This document shows positions 1 to 9,442 of a stretch of 16,995 nucleotides of DNA, piece after piece. The translations under genes and the position numbers were made by a program. The notes beneath the pieces are model-generated. The model was not told the DNA's origin and did not search any database. It worked only from the letters and a program-made list of their open reading frames with translations. Origin of the DNA: a virus (taxonomy: Duplodnaviria > Heunggongvirae > Uroviricota > Caudoviricetes); IMG/VR virus record IMGVR_UViG_2627853844_000004; one strand, written 5' to 3'. Positions within the stretch are counted from its first letter, which is position 1. Each line of letters starts with the position of its first letter.

Positions 1-750
1 TCAGTCAATTGTTTTGTTTATTCCATCTGTGACGCCGATTATTTTCTCAAAATAATGAGATGGCGTGACACCATAATAATCTTTAAATGCACATATGAAA
101 TATGAAGTACTGTTATAGCCACATTTCTGGGCTACGACATTGATAGAATAAGAGTTTGAAGTTATGAGTTTTTTTGCATACCTCATCCTAGTATCTCTCA
201 ATATTTCAGTAAATGACGTTCCTTCATCCCTTAATCTTTTTTTTATTAAACTTTCACTCGTATAAATCAATTCCGCAATATCTTTTAAATGCCATTGCCG
301 CTCAATATTAAAACTGATTATTCCAGTAATTTTACAGGTAAATGTATTTATATTTGTTAGTATAAATGAATTTACACTTTCGCGTTTTTTGAACATGGCA
401 AGTAAGGATATACATAGTCTTTCTTTTAACCAAAGGGAGTGTGAGTCTGCTATTTTAATCCCTTCAAACAGAGAAAAAACAAGCGATAATGGAGGTTCCT
501 CTTCAGCAATATAGCCATTCTTATCAAGAGTAAATTTGCCAGGCAGCTCATTATTCACGTCGATAAAAAAGGATAAACATGTTTTCTTATCTATATCAAC
601 AATTCTTAGTTTAGAGGGGCATACTGGTAACTCCCTTCTAATTTTGTCGCTTACAATAAACAATGAATTTTTTTTGAACGAGATAACTCTCCTGTTTATA
701 ATTAAATCAAATGATTGACAGATGAAAACTACGGAGCAAACATAATCCAT
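1..750 (-). CDS. appY: AraC/XylS-family transcriptional activator, complete 249 aa
   Basis: Complete ORF with stop at 1-3. C-terminal half has the paired helix-turn-helix pattern of AraC regulators. N-terminus [16 protein letters not shown] and 249-aa length match my recollection of AppY. Position next to Tfa remnants at the prophage edge fits DLP12. Confidence 0.8.
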
Positions 751-1295
751 CTTGCACCTATCATAAAATTAAAACAAGTTGATAGTAGTCAAATAACAAC
801 CAATTAAATACACAATCATAATCAGGATGATGTGCATTTATATTTTTATACACAAAATTATAGTTTGCAAATTTTAATAAATTTCATTTAAGATTAAATT
901 ATTATATGTATGTTGTTTTTTATTCTAACTTATTTCAAAGTTACATTTTTCAACGCTTACTATGCTTTTTATTAACATAAACTCACTACAACGCACCTGA
1001 AACCTCTTGCTATATATATGTCAACCGTTTGAATTTAAAATAAAAAGAGTATCATTTTTACTTGCATTTCTTATCAAGTCACATTCAACAACAGTAAAAA
1101 AACATTATTAGAACCATTCAATTAACAAAAAACCAACATCCAGCTTGCTTAATTTTTCTTTATTAAACGATATTGAAAATCAATTGATAAAATACATCTA
1201 AACAACCTTTTGGGGCGCAAAAGCATAACATCAAACAAACAAATAACACACCGAAAAAACTCACAATTAATAACCTATGATATACATACTGTTTA
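751..1295 (-). promoter_or_regulatory. Long, very AT-rich 5' leader and promoter region of appY
   Basis: About 545 bp with no convincing ORF on either strand and strongly AT-biased composition by eye (runs of A/T, few G/C). Lies directly upstream of the appY start at 750. Confidence 0.45.
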
Positions 1296-1556
1296 TTATG
1301 GTTGAATAAGCCACTCGATATCTGGTGCTACGGAAGTGTCCACACGGTTTAGCAGCACCCGATACTTTTTTCAGGCTTCCAGCAACGATCTTTCTTCCTC
1401 CGTTGCGATTTCCAGATCTACAGCATCCTGCAGTGGCGCAATATACTCACTGAATTCCTGGATGTAGAACTGTGTGGTGACGGTCTTCCAGCCATTCGGC
1501 TCCTGCTGTATTGAAGCATACCAGGCTATTTCAATATCGCTATGCTGCGGCAGCAT
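1296..1556 (-). pseudogene. tfaX: Tail fibre assembly (Tfa) gene remnant with in-frame TGG->TGA nonsense codon
   Basis: 61-aa ORF (1371-1556) ends ...[23 protein letters not shown], the conserved Tfa C-terminal motif. The stop at 1371-1373 sits where the paralog at 2334-3077 has TGG (W). The frame continues past it as [24 protein letters not shown] to a second stop at 1296-1298. An AAGGGG Shine-Dalgarno precedes the ATG at 1556. Confidence 0.75.
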
Positions 1557-1694
1557 TTAACCCCTTGTAATTCATTGCCATAATTGATTTAATTCACAAA
1601 TAAAACTATAACATGGTGAAATTAATAAAAAAACACAGATGATGGGGCTAGAATTTACACACCACTTACCCTAAAGCTTTATGACTGGTGGGTT

Positions 1695-2279
1695 TTGGGA
1701 GTATCAAATCGGCTTGCATGGGGATGTCCTACAAAGGAACACCTTCTTCCACACTTTCTGGAACATTTAGGTAACAACCATCTGGATATTGGTGTTGGAA
1801 CTGGGTTTTACCTTACTCACGTACCTGAGAGTAGTCTGATATCTTTAATGGATTTGAACGAAGCTAGCCTGAACGCGGCATCTACAAGGGCTGGGGAATC
1901 AAAAATTAAACATAAAATTAGCCATGATGTTTTTGAACCTTATCCCGCGGCGTTACATGGTCAATTTGATTCCATTTCCATGTCTTACCTTCTTCACTGC
2001 CTGCCTGGAAATATATCTACAAAAAGCTGTGTAATACGCAATGCGGCGCAGGCCTTAACTGACGATGGAACTCTATACGGAGCCACAATTCTTGGCGATG
2101 GAGTTGTGCACAATAGCTTCGGTCAAAAACTGATGCGCATTTACAATCAGAAAGGCATCTTTTCAAACACAAAAGATTCCGAAGAAGGCTTAACACATAT
2201 ACTCTCAGAGCATTTCGAGAATGTTAAAACCAAGGTTCAAGGTACTGTAGTAATGTTTTCCGCTTCAGGAAAAAAATAG
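1695..2279 (+). CDS. ybcY: Class I SAM-dependent methyltransferase-like protein; start uncertain, possibly 5'-degraded
   Basis: Translation contains LDIGVGTGFYL, a methyltransferase motif I (glycine-rich SAM-binding loop). The frame is open back to 1629 with no in-frame ATG; the ORF track start at 1695 is TTG. An out-of-frame ATG ORF begins at 1681. Symbol is from recollection of the K-12 DLP12 gene order. Confidence 0.55.
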   Translation: MGVSNRLAWGCPTKEHLLPHFLEHLGNNHLDIGVGTGFYLTHVPESSLISLMDLNEASLNAASTRAGESKIKHKISHDVFEPYPAALHGQFDSISMSYLLHCLPGNISTKSCVIRNAAQALTDDGTLYGATILGDGVVHNSFGQKLMRIYNQKGIFSNTKDSEEGLTHILSEHFENVKTKVQGTVVMFSASGKK

Positions 2280-2333
2280 CATCCAACCGCAGCATGTTCT
2301 TGCTTAAGACGTGCTGCGGCATAATCCCAATGA

Positions 2334-3077
2334 TTACTCCCTGACAGGGTTCGTAGGCCACTCAATATCAGGTGCAGTTGATGTATCAACACGGTTCAGC
2401 AACACCCGATATTTTTTCCAGGCTTCCAGCAATGAGGTTTCTTCCTCCGTTGCGATTTCCAGATCTACAGCATCCTGAAGTGGCGCAATATGCTCACTGG
2501 CTACCTGCATCAGGCTGTTTTTTGTTTCTTCCGCCTCCCGAATCCGGAACAGTTTTTCTGCTTCTGCATCTTTCACCCAGGCTGTACCGTTCCACTTCTG
2601 AAACTCCCCTTCCGGCGATAACCAGGTAACATTTTCCGGTAACGGACCGAGTTCAGAAATAAATAACGCGTCCCCTGACGCTACGTCATAAACCGTTTTA
2701 CCCCGATGATCTTCAACGAGATGCCACGATGACTCATCACTGTTGAAAACAGCCACGAAGCCAGCTGGAATAAGGGTGTTGCGCTGCTTATGCTCTATAA
2801 AGTAGGCATAAACACCCAGCAGCATTTTGGAATAACCGACACGGGCAGACTTCACCACATTCACCTCACGGATGTAGTCGCTGCCCATCGCATTCATGAT
2901 GGCCCGCTGAAAGGGCAGTGTTTCCCAGCGCCCTTCCTGGTATGCGGATTCTTTCGGGAGATAGTAATTAGCATCCGCCCATTCAACGGCGGTCTGTGGC
3001 TCCGGCCTGAACAGTGAGCGAAGCCCGGCGCGGACAAAATGCCGCAGCCTGTTAACCTGACTGTTCGATATATTCAC
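2334..3077 (-). pseudogene. In-frame deletion fusion: terminase large subunit (gpA) N-terminal 103 codons joined to Tfa C-terminal ~144 codons
   Basis: Residues 1-103 ([28 protein letters not shown]...[14 protein letters not shown]) match the lambda gpA N-terminus as I recall it. From residue 104 ([29 protein letters not shown]...[14 protein letters not shown]) it matches the lambda Tfa C-terminus. Junction lies between 2768 and 2769 (minus-strand ...cttatt|ccagctgg...). Corresponds to the K-12 aaaD/tfaD pseudogene pair by recollection. Confidence 0.85.
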
Positions 3078-3502
3078 TCAGCAACCCCGGTATCAGTTCA
3101 TCCAGCGCGGCTGCTTTGTTCATGGCTTTGATGATATCCCGTTTCAGGAAATCAACATGTCGGTTTTCCAGTTCCGGAAAACGCCGCTGCACCGACAGGG
3201 GGATCCCGTCGAGAATACTGGCAATTTCACCTGCGATCCGCGACAGCACGAAAGTACAGAATGCGGTTTCCACCACTTCAGCGGAGTCTCTGGCATTTTT
3301 CAGCTCCTGTGCATCGGCCTGCGCACGCGTAAGTCGATGGCGTTCGTACTCAATAGTCCCTGGCTGGAGATCTGTCTCGCTGGCCTGCAGCAGTTCTTCA
3401 ACCTCCCGGCGCAGCTTTTCGTTCTCAATTTCAGCATCCCTTTCGGCGGTGATGCTGCCAACTTACTGATTTAGTGTATGATGGTGTTTTTGAGGTGCTC
3501 CA

Positions 3503-3778
3503 GTGGCTTCTGTTTCTATCAGCTGTCCCTCCTGTTCAGCTACTGACGGGGTGGTGCGTAACGGCAAAAGCACCGCCGGACATCAGCGCTATCTCTGCTC
3601 TCACTGCCGTAAAACATGGCAACTGCAGTTCACTTACACCGCTTCTCAACCCGGTACGCACCAGAAAATCATTGATATGGCCATGAATGGCGTTGGATGC
3701 CGGGCAACAGCCCGCATTATGGGCGTTGGCCTCAACACGATTTTACGTCACTTAAAAAACTCAGGCCGCAGTCGGTAA
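3503..3778 (+). CDS. insA: IS1 InsA (transposition repressor)
   Basis: 91-aa [43 protein letters not shown]... with zinc-finger-like N-terminus typical of InsA. Confidence 0.95.
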
Positions 3779-4200
3779 CCTCGCGCATACAGCCGGGCAG
3801 TGACGTCATCGTCTGCGCGGAAATGGACGAACAGTGGGGCTATGTCGGGGCTAAATCGCGCCAGCGCTGGCTGTTTTACGCGTATGACAGTCTCCGGAAG
3901 ACGGTTGTTGCGCACGTATTCGGTGAACGCACTATGGCGACGCTGGGGCGTCTTATGAGCCTGCTGTCACCCTTTGACGTGGTGATATGGATGACGGATG
4001 GCTGGCCGCTGTATGAATCCCGCCTGAAGGGAAAGCTGCACGTAATCAGCAAGCGATATACGCAGCGAATTGAGCGGCATAACCTGAATCTGAGGCAGCA
4101 CCTGGCACGGCTGGGACGGAAGTCGCTGTCGTTCTCAAAATCGGTGGAGCTGCATGACAAAGTCATCGGGCATTATCTGAACATAAAACACTATCAATAA
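3697..4200 (+). CDS. insB: IS1 InsB frame (expressed as InsAB' transposase by -1 frameshift)
   Basis: 167-aa ORF in the -1 frame relative to insA. An A6C slippery run (aaaaaac, 3754-3760) lies in the overlap, which is the known IS1 frameshift motif. Confidence 0.9.
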
Positions 4201-4374
4201 GTTGGAGTCATTACCCCTTTCGGCATACCATTTTATGACGGCGGCAGAGTCATAAAGCACCTCATTACCCTTGCCACCGCCTCGCAGAACGGGCATTCCC
4301 TGTTCCTGCCAGTTCTGAATGGTACGGATACTCGCACCGAAAATGTCAGCCAGCTGCTTTTTGTTGACTTCCAT

Positions 4375-4610
4375 TGCACATTCCACGGACAAAAACAGAG
4401 AAAGGAAACGACAGAGGCCAAAAAGCTCGCTTTCAGCACCTGTCGTTTCCTTTCTTTTCAGGGGGTATTTTAAATAAATACATTAAGTTACGACGAAGAA
4501 GAACGGAAACACCTTAAACCGGAAAATTTTCATAAATAGCGAAAACCCGCGAGGTCGCCGCCCCGTAACCTGTCGGATCGCCGGAAAGGACCCACAAAAT
4601 GATAATAATT
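4375..4610 (-). other. Lambda-type cos site (cosQ-cosN-cosB); 12-nt cohesive-end sequence at 4552-4563
   Basis: Minus strand reads ...cgatccgacaggttacg GGGCGGCGACCT cgcgggttttcgctatttatgaaaattttccgg..., matching the lambda right-end/left-end junction and cohesive end as recalled. The region between cosN and the Nu1 start (cosB) is near-identical to lambda. Confidence 0.85.
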
Positions 4611-4762
4611 ATCATCTACATGTCACAACGTGCATCTACGCCATCAAACCACGTCAAATAATCAATTATGACGCAGGTATCGTATTAATTGATCTGCATC
4701 AACTTAACGTAAAAACAACTTCAGACAATACAAATCAGCGACACTGAATACGGGGCAACCTC

Positions 4763-4957
4763 ATGTCAACTAAGAACAGAACCCGCAGAACAACAACCCG
4801 CAACATCCGCTTTCCTAACCAAATGATTGAACAAATTAACATCGCTCTTGAGCAAAAAGGGTCCGGGAATTTCTCAGCCTGGGTCATTGAAGCCTGCCGT
4901 CGGAGGCTAACGTCAGAAAAGAGAGCATATACATCAATTAAAAGTGATGAAGAATGA
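4763..4957 (+). CDS. ylcI: Small prophage protein, 64 aa
   Basis: ORF MSTKNRTRRTTTRNIRFPNQMIEQINIALEQKGSGNFSAWVIEACRRRL... Length and position between the terminase gene and ybcW fit K-12 ylcI by recollection. Function unknown. Confidence 0.55.
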   Translation: MSTKNRTRRTTTRNIRFPNQMIEQINIALEQKGSGNFSAWVIEACRRRLTSEKRAYTSIKSDEE

Positions 4958-5121
4958 ACATCCCGCGTTCTTCCCTCCGAACAGGACGATATTGTAAATT
5001 CACTTAATTACGAGGGCATTGCAGTAATTGAGTTGCAGTTTTACCACTTTCCTGACAGTGACAGACTGCGTGTTGGCTCTGTCACAGGTTAAGTAGTTTG
5101 AATGATTAGCAGTTATGGTGA

Positions 5122-5328
5122 TCAGTCAACCACCAGGGAATAATCCTTCATATTATTATCGTGCTTCACCAACGCTGCCTCAATTGCCCTGAATGCTTCC
5201 AGAGACACCTTATGTTCTATACATGCAATTACAACATCAGGGTAACTCATAGAAATGGTGCTATTAAGCATATTTTTTACACGAATCAGATCCACGGAGG
5301 GATCATCAGCAGATTGTTCTTTATTCAT
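5122..5328 (-). CDS. ybcW: Small prophage protein, 68 aa
   Basis: 68-aa ORF with GGAG Shine-Dalgarno 8-9 nt upstream of the ATG at 5328. Length and neighbourhood fit K-12 ybcW by recollection. Confidence 0.6.
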
Positions 5329-5613
5329 TTTGTCGCTCCATGCGCTTGCTCTTCATCTAGCGGTTAAAATATTACTTCAAATCTTTCTGTATGAAGGTTT
5401 GAGCACGTTGGCCTTACATACATCTGTCGGTTGTATTTCCCTCCAGAATGCCAGCAGGACCGCACTTTGTTACGCAACCAATACTATTAATTGAAAACAT
5501 TCCTAATATTTGACATAAATCATCAACAAAACACAAAGAGGTCAGACCAGATTGAAGCGATAAAAACGATAATGCAAACTACGCGCCCTCGTATCACATG
5601 GAAGGTTTTACCA

Positions 5614-6024
5614 ATGGCTCAGGTTGCCATTTTTAAAGAAATATTCGATCAAGTGCGAAAAGATTTAAACTGTGAATTGTTTTATTCTGAACTAAAACGT
5701 CACAATGTCTCACATTATATTTACTATCTAGCCACAGATAATATTCACATTGTGTTAGAAAACGATAACACCGTGTTAATAAAAGGACTTAAAAAGGTTG
5801 TAAATGTTAAATTCTCAAGAAATACGCATCTTATAGAAACGTCCTATGATAGGTTGAAATCAAGAGAAATCACATTTCAGCAATACAGGGAAAATCTTGC
5901 TAAAGCAGGAGTTTTCCGATGGATTACAAATATCCACGAACATAAAAGATATTACTATACCTTTGATAATTCATTACTATTTACTGAGAGCATTCAGAAC
6001 ACTACACAAATCTTTCCACGCTAA
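5614..6024 (+). CDS. ybcV: Uncharacterised prophage protein, 136 aa (DUF1398 family by recollection)
   Basis: ORF track gives 177 aa from 5491. The ATG at 5614 ([11 protein letters not shown]...) has a GGAAGG Shine-Dalgarno about 9 nt upstream and gives 136 aa, the length I recall for YbcV. Stop codon taa at 6022-6024 abuts IS5. Confidence 0.65.
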   Translation: MAQVAIFKEIFDQVRKDLNCELFYSELKRHNVSHYIYYLATDNIHIVLENDNTVLIKGLKKVVNVKFSRNTHLIETSYDRLKSREITFQQYRENLAKAGVFRWITNIHEHKRYYYTFDNSLLFTESIQNTTQIFPR

Positions 6025-7219
<1,195 letters not shown>

Positions 7220-7221
7220 CT

Positions 7222-7281
7222 AAAGCACTCGGTGTAAGCACTGATGACATCGTTGCTGTAGGTCTGGTTTACCAGTTCTAA
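7222..7281 (+). pseudogene. nmpC: 3'-terminal remnant (19 codons) of an outer-membrane porin gene
   Basis: Frame reads KALGVSTDDIVAVGLVYQF* directly after the IS5 right end. The ...VGLVYQF C-terminus is the conserved final beta-strand of OmpC/OmpF/NmpC-type porins. No porin body is present anywhere in the window. Confidence 0.75.
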
Positions 7282-7419
7282 TCTGATTACGAAAAAGATA
7301 TGTTGCGGGAGGCGTTGCCTCCCCAACATATAAGTGGCTCCCTCAAGCCACTTCCTTTAGAAGCACAACCTTGCTTCTAACTATATAAACCTTCTGTTAT
7401 ATATTACCCTTTATTTTTG

Positions 7420-7454
7420 GGGGCGTCTCAACGCCCCATTTTTAATAATTTTTA
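7420..7454 (+). terminator. Rho-independent terminator for the plus strand (porin gene 3' end)
   Basis: GGGGCGT (7420-7426), loop ctca, ACGCCCC (7431-7437), then atttttaataattttt. On the minus strand the hairpin is followed by an A-rich stretch, so it is not a minus-strand terminator. Confidence 0.6.
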
Positions 7455-7470
7455 GTAAACAATTGGCATA

Positions 7471-7854
7471 TTAATTAGAGTTATTAACAACGATATCCAT
7501 CTCTAACCGGATATCTAATGCCATTAACATCCCTTCAATTATGCCCTCAGCCTTCTGTAACCTTTTCCCGATATAACCATCAGAGCAGCAATGCTTACCT
7601 GCCAGTGACATGAATGTCATACCGACTACATAATAATCTACTAATAAATCGTGCAAATCGCTGTTGTTCTTTTTCAGACGGGCCATGCACCCGCAAATGA
7701 TCATCGCGTCATCGTCACAACATTGCGGGCGAGATTTTACTTTTGAAGTAATTAATCCCTTAAAACCGGCGGCAATGGACGACCAGGTCACATCTTCATG
7801 ATTATTAGCCGCCCACGCTCCCCAACGCTCAAGAACCATCTGAATATCACGCAT
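7471..7854 (-). CDS. quuD: Late-gene antiterminator Q (phage 82 type), 127 aa
   Basis: [29 protein letters not shown]...[18 protein letters not shown]... with a cysteine-rich zinc-binding segment. Length and position downstream of rusA/ylcG match K-12 QuuD by recollection. The ORF track start at 7869 is 5 codons further upstream. Confidence 0.75.
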   Translation of the reverse strand: MRDIQMVLERWGAWAANNHEDVTWSSIAAGFKGLITSKVKSRPQCCDDDAMIICGCMARLKKNNSDLHDLLVDYYVVGMTFMSLAGKHCCSDGYIGKRLQKAEGIIEGMLMALDIRLEMDIVVNNSN

Positions 7855-7921
7855 CAACTTACTCCACAAAAATCAGACCAGAACGCCAATTACAAGCAAA
7901 AATCAACAAAACAGTATTAGT

Positions 7922-8062
7922 TGATTGTTATCTCTGACTTCATACTCCTGCTCCTGTCAGGGTTTTGGCGTAATTCTTCAGTATTCGGTAATCGGTCAAA
8001 ACAGAACCGGGGAAACGATATAAGCGCAGACGCCCCCAGCGGTGGCGAAGAAGTTCTGCCAT
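7922..8062 (-). CDS. ylcG: Small protein, 46 aa
   Basis: Hand translation of the minus strand from ATG at 8062 gives MAELLRHRWGRLRLYRFPGSVLTDYRILKNYAKTLTGAGV...*, 46 codons, starting 14 nt after the rusA stop. Below the ORF-track length cutoff. Symbol from recollection of a 46-aa gene between rusA and quuD. Confidence 0.5.
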
Positions 8063-8076
8063 ATTAAACTCAAACA

Positions 8077-8439
8077 TCATTCATTCCCCATTTCGGTGAT
8101 GGTCAGTTCCAGCCTCCCACCTTTGGTAACAGGCATCTTCACAACGCGGTAATCAACGACCTGAGCATCATCCAGCCAGAAACCTGCTTTAGTGAGTGCG
8201 TCAAAAGCGGCTTTTTGCAGATTATCCAGGTCACGGCGACGGCGATCCGGCATGTGGCACTCAATGCGGATTTTCACAGGCATAGCCAGGCCGATATCCA
8301 GCATTGCGTTTTTAATGATTCGGGCGACGTTATCGCGGTATGCCTGCCCCTCTGCGCTGACGTGCGTGCGCCCGCGATTATGGCGGTAATAGCGATTATT
8401 GCTCGGAGGCCAGGGTAATGTGATGCTGTAGGTATTCAC
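8077..8439 (-). CDS. rusA: Holliday junction resolvase RusA, 120 aa
   Basis: [54 protein letters not shown]...TITEMGNE matches RusA as recalled. Confidence 0.9.
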   Translation of the reverse strand: MNTYSITLPWPPSNNRYYRHNRGRTHVSAEGQAYRDNVARIIKNAMLDIGLAMPVKIRIECHMPDRRRRDLDNLQKAAFDALTKAGFWLDDAQVVDYRVVKMPVTKGGRLELTITEMGNE

Positions 8440-8726
8440 GCCTTAATAACCCCCTCTTTCAGCCAGATAACCTGTGTTCTCGCCATACCTTCCAGCGCGC
8501 ATTCTTTTGCATATCCAGCGTCAACAAAATGCGTGCGGCGGTCGATTTCGTCGTGGCAGGCAGAACATGCAATGGTGGCAATCAGGTCTGGCGGTTTCGT
8601 ACCGGTGCCGCACAATCCAGTCAGCCGGATATGTGCCAGTACAGACGTTTCAGGGTTGCCATTACATACGCCAGGGATTCTTACCTGGCATTCCCGACCA
8701 CGCGCTGCTTTTCTCAAATCAGCCAT
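8436..8726 (-). CDS. ybcO: Nin-region protein, 96 aa (DUF1364 family by recollection)
   Basis: ORF from [42 protein letters not shown]... Its stop overlaps the rusA start by 4 nt, suggesting translational coupling. The ORF track start at 8765 is 13 codons upstream. Confidence 0.7.
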   Translation of the reverse strand: MADLRKAARGRECQVRIPGVCNGNPETSVLAHIRLTGLCGTGTKPPDLIATIACSACHDEIDRRTHFVDAGYAKECALEGMARTQVIWLKEGVIKA

Positions 8727-8889
8727 GACTCCTCCTTGCTGCCAGTCGCAACCATTTTTTATCAACCAAGCTGGCGGTATATCCGAGCAGTGTTGGTATT
8801 TCGGATGGCTTCAGCTCAGGTTTACGCTTACGACGATTTGGTACTCTGTAGATGTGTCCGTTCATGACACGAATAAGCGGTGTAGCCAT
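8719..8889 (-). CDS. ninE: NinE-family protein, 56 aa
   Basis: Minus-strand ATG at 8889 preceded by [38 protein letters not shown]... The start shares one nucleotide with the ybcN stop (TAATG). Confidence 0.7.
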   Translation of the reverse strand: MATPLIRVMNGHIYRVPNRRKRKPELKPSEIPTLLGYTASLVDKKWLRLAARRSHG

Positions 8890-9344
8890 TACGCCTCCTG
8901 CTTGTCGCGCAGCAGCTGGAACTCGCAGCTCTGTGGAATAGTCAGGTGGCAACCAATATTCATCGCCCAGGCTTCAACCTTACACAGGAAGACATACATC
9001 TCTCCGGTATCAAGATCGGAGGTATGGCGTAACGACTGGATAGTGGTGATATCACCGGTTACGACATCAACCAGGTCTTTGGTTTCATAACCGAGATATG
9101 TGTGTTTGAGAGCATCTTTTACCCAAGCTGGAGTGGCGAACGTTTTACCCCTGCTGATGAGGTATTCACTGATTTCGCTGTACCACATGTGGCTGAGTGC
9201 ATTCTGGGAAAGACTGCGTTTCTCACGCCACGGTTTAAGCACCATGCGAAAGCATTTGCCCTCCTCCAGATAAGGCTGGATCTGCCGACCGATAGCGGTG
9301 AAGTTGCCGCGATGTAATTTGATGCCGTCTTGTGAGAGGTTCAC
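8889..9344 (-). CDS. ybcN: NinB-family recombination protein, 151 aa
   Basis: [58 protein letters not shown]... with GTG start at 9344 preceded by GGAGGGG. Position between ren/cargo and ninE matches lambda ninB. Confidence 0.75.
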
Positions 9345-9442
9345 GCTTCCCCTCCGCAGAGGTCAAACGCTAGATGCAAAGAATTGCAGGTGCATTTCTG
9401 CATCTGTGAAGGGAGAAGAGAGTTTGGATTGTATGTGCGCAT
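9341..9442 (-). CDS. ylcH: Small protein, 33 aa
   Basis: Hand translation from ATG at 9442 gives [38 protein letters not shown] Shine-Dalgarno about 5 nt upstream. Stop overlaps the ybcN GTG start (GTGA). Symbol from recollection of a 33-aa gene at this position. Confidence 0.45.

Larger units (their letters stand above)
3448..4215 (+). mobile_element. IS1, complete 768 bp copy with 9-bp target site duplication
   Basis: Ends ggtgatgctgccaacttactgat... (3448) and ...gttggagtcattacc (4215) match IS1 termini. Encodes InsA and InsB. Identical 9-mer cctttcggc at 3439-3447 and 4216-4224. Confidence 0.95.
3052..4374 (-). pseudogene. nohD: Terminase small subunit (lambda Nu1 homolog), interrupted by IS1
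   Basis: Minus-strand translation from ATG at 4374 gives MEVNKKQLADIFGASIRTIQNWQEQGMPVLRGGGKGNEVLYDSAAVIKWYAER, then IS1. Translation resumes at 3447 as AERDAEIENEKLRREVEEL...[11 protein letters not shown] to the stop at 3052. Near-identical to lambda Nu1 as recalled; overlaps the gpA start as in lambda. Confidence 0.9.

Noticed and set aside
2372-3017. Plus-strand ORFs 2372-2629 and 2790-3017 from the ORF track
   Set aside because: They lie antisense within the terminase-A/Tfa fusion, whose minus-strand frame matches lambda proteins throughout. Shadow ORFs.
1296-3077. Possibility of an invertible tail-fibre host-range switch (Gin/Cin/Pin-type) given two Tfa 3' ends with an intervening gene
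   Set aside because: Both Tfa remnants are on the same strand (direct, not inverted), no invertase gene is adjacent, and the tfaD copy is a deletion fusion with terminase A. The arrangement is explained by decay, not a switch.
3116-3474. Plus-strand ORFs 3116-3469 and 3157-3474
   Set aside because: Antisense to the C-terminal part of the Nu1 homolog, which translates cleanly on the minus strand; they end at the IS1 boundary. Shadow ORFs.
3876-4439. Minus-strand ORFs 3876-4166 and 4233-4439; the read-through tail of ORF 4135-4392
   Set aside because: 3876-4166 is antisense inside IS1. 4233-4439 is an alternative frame over the Nu1 N-terminus and cosB. The extra residues after ...WYAER in 4135-4392 are read-through into the IS1 end.
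8192-9317. Plus-strand ORFs 8192-8389, 8215-8418, 8474-8728, 8529-8867, 8533-9090, 9102-9317, and minus-strand ORF 8719-8952
   Set aside because: The plus-strand ORFs are antisense to the rusA/ybcO/ninE/ybcN operon. The 77-aa minus ORF is an upstream extension of ninE, which has its own ATG and AGGAGG at 8889.
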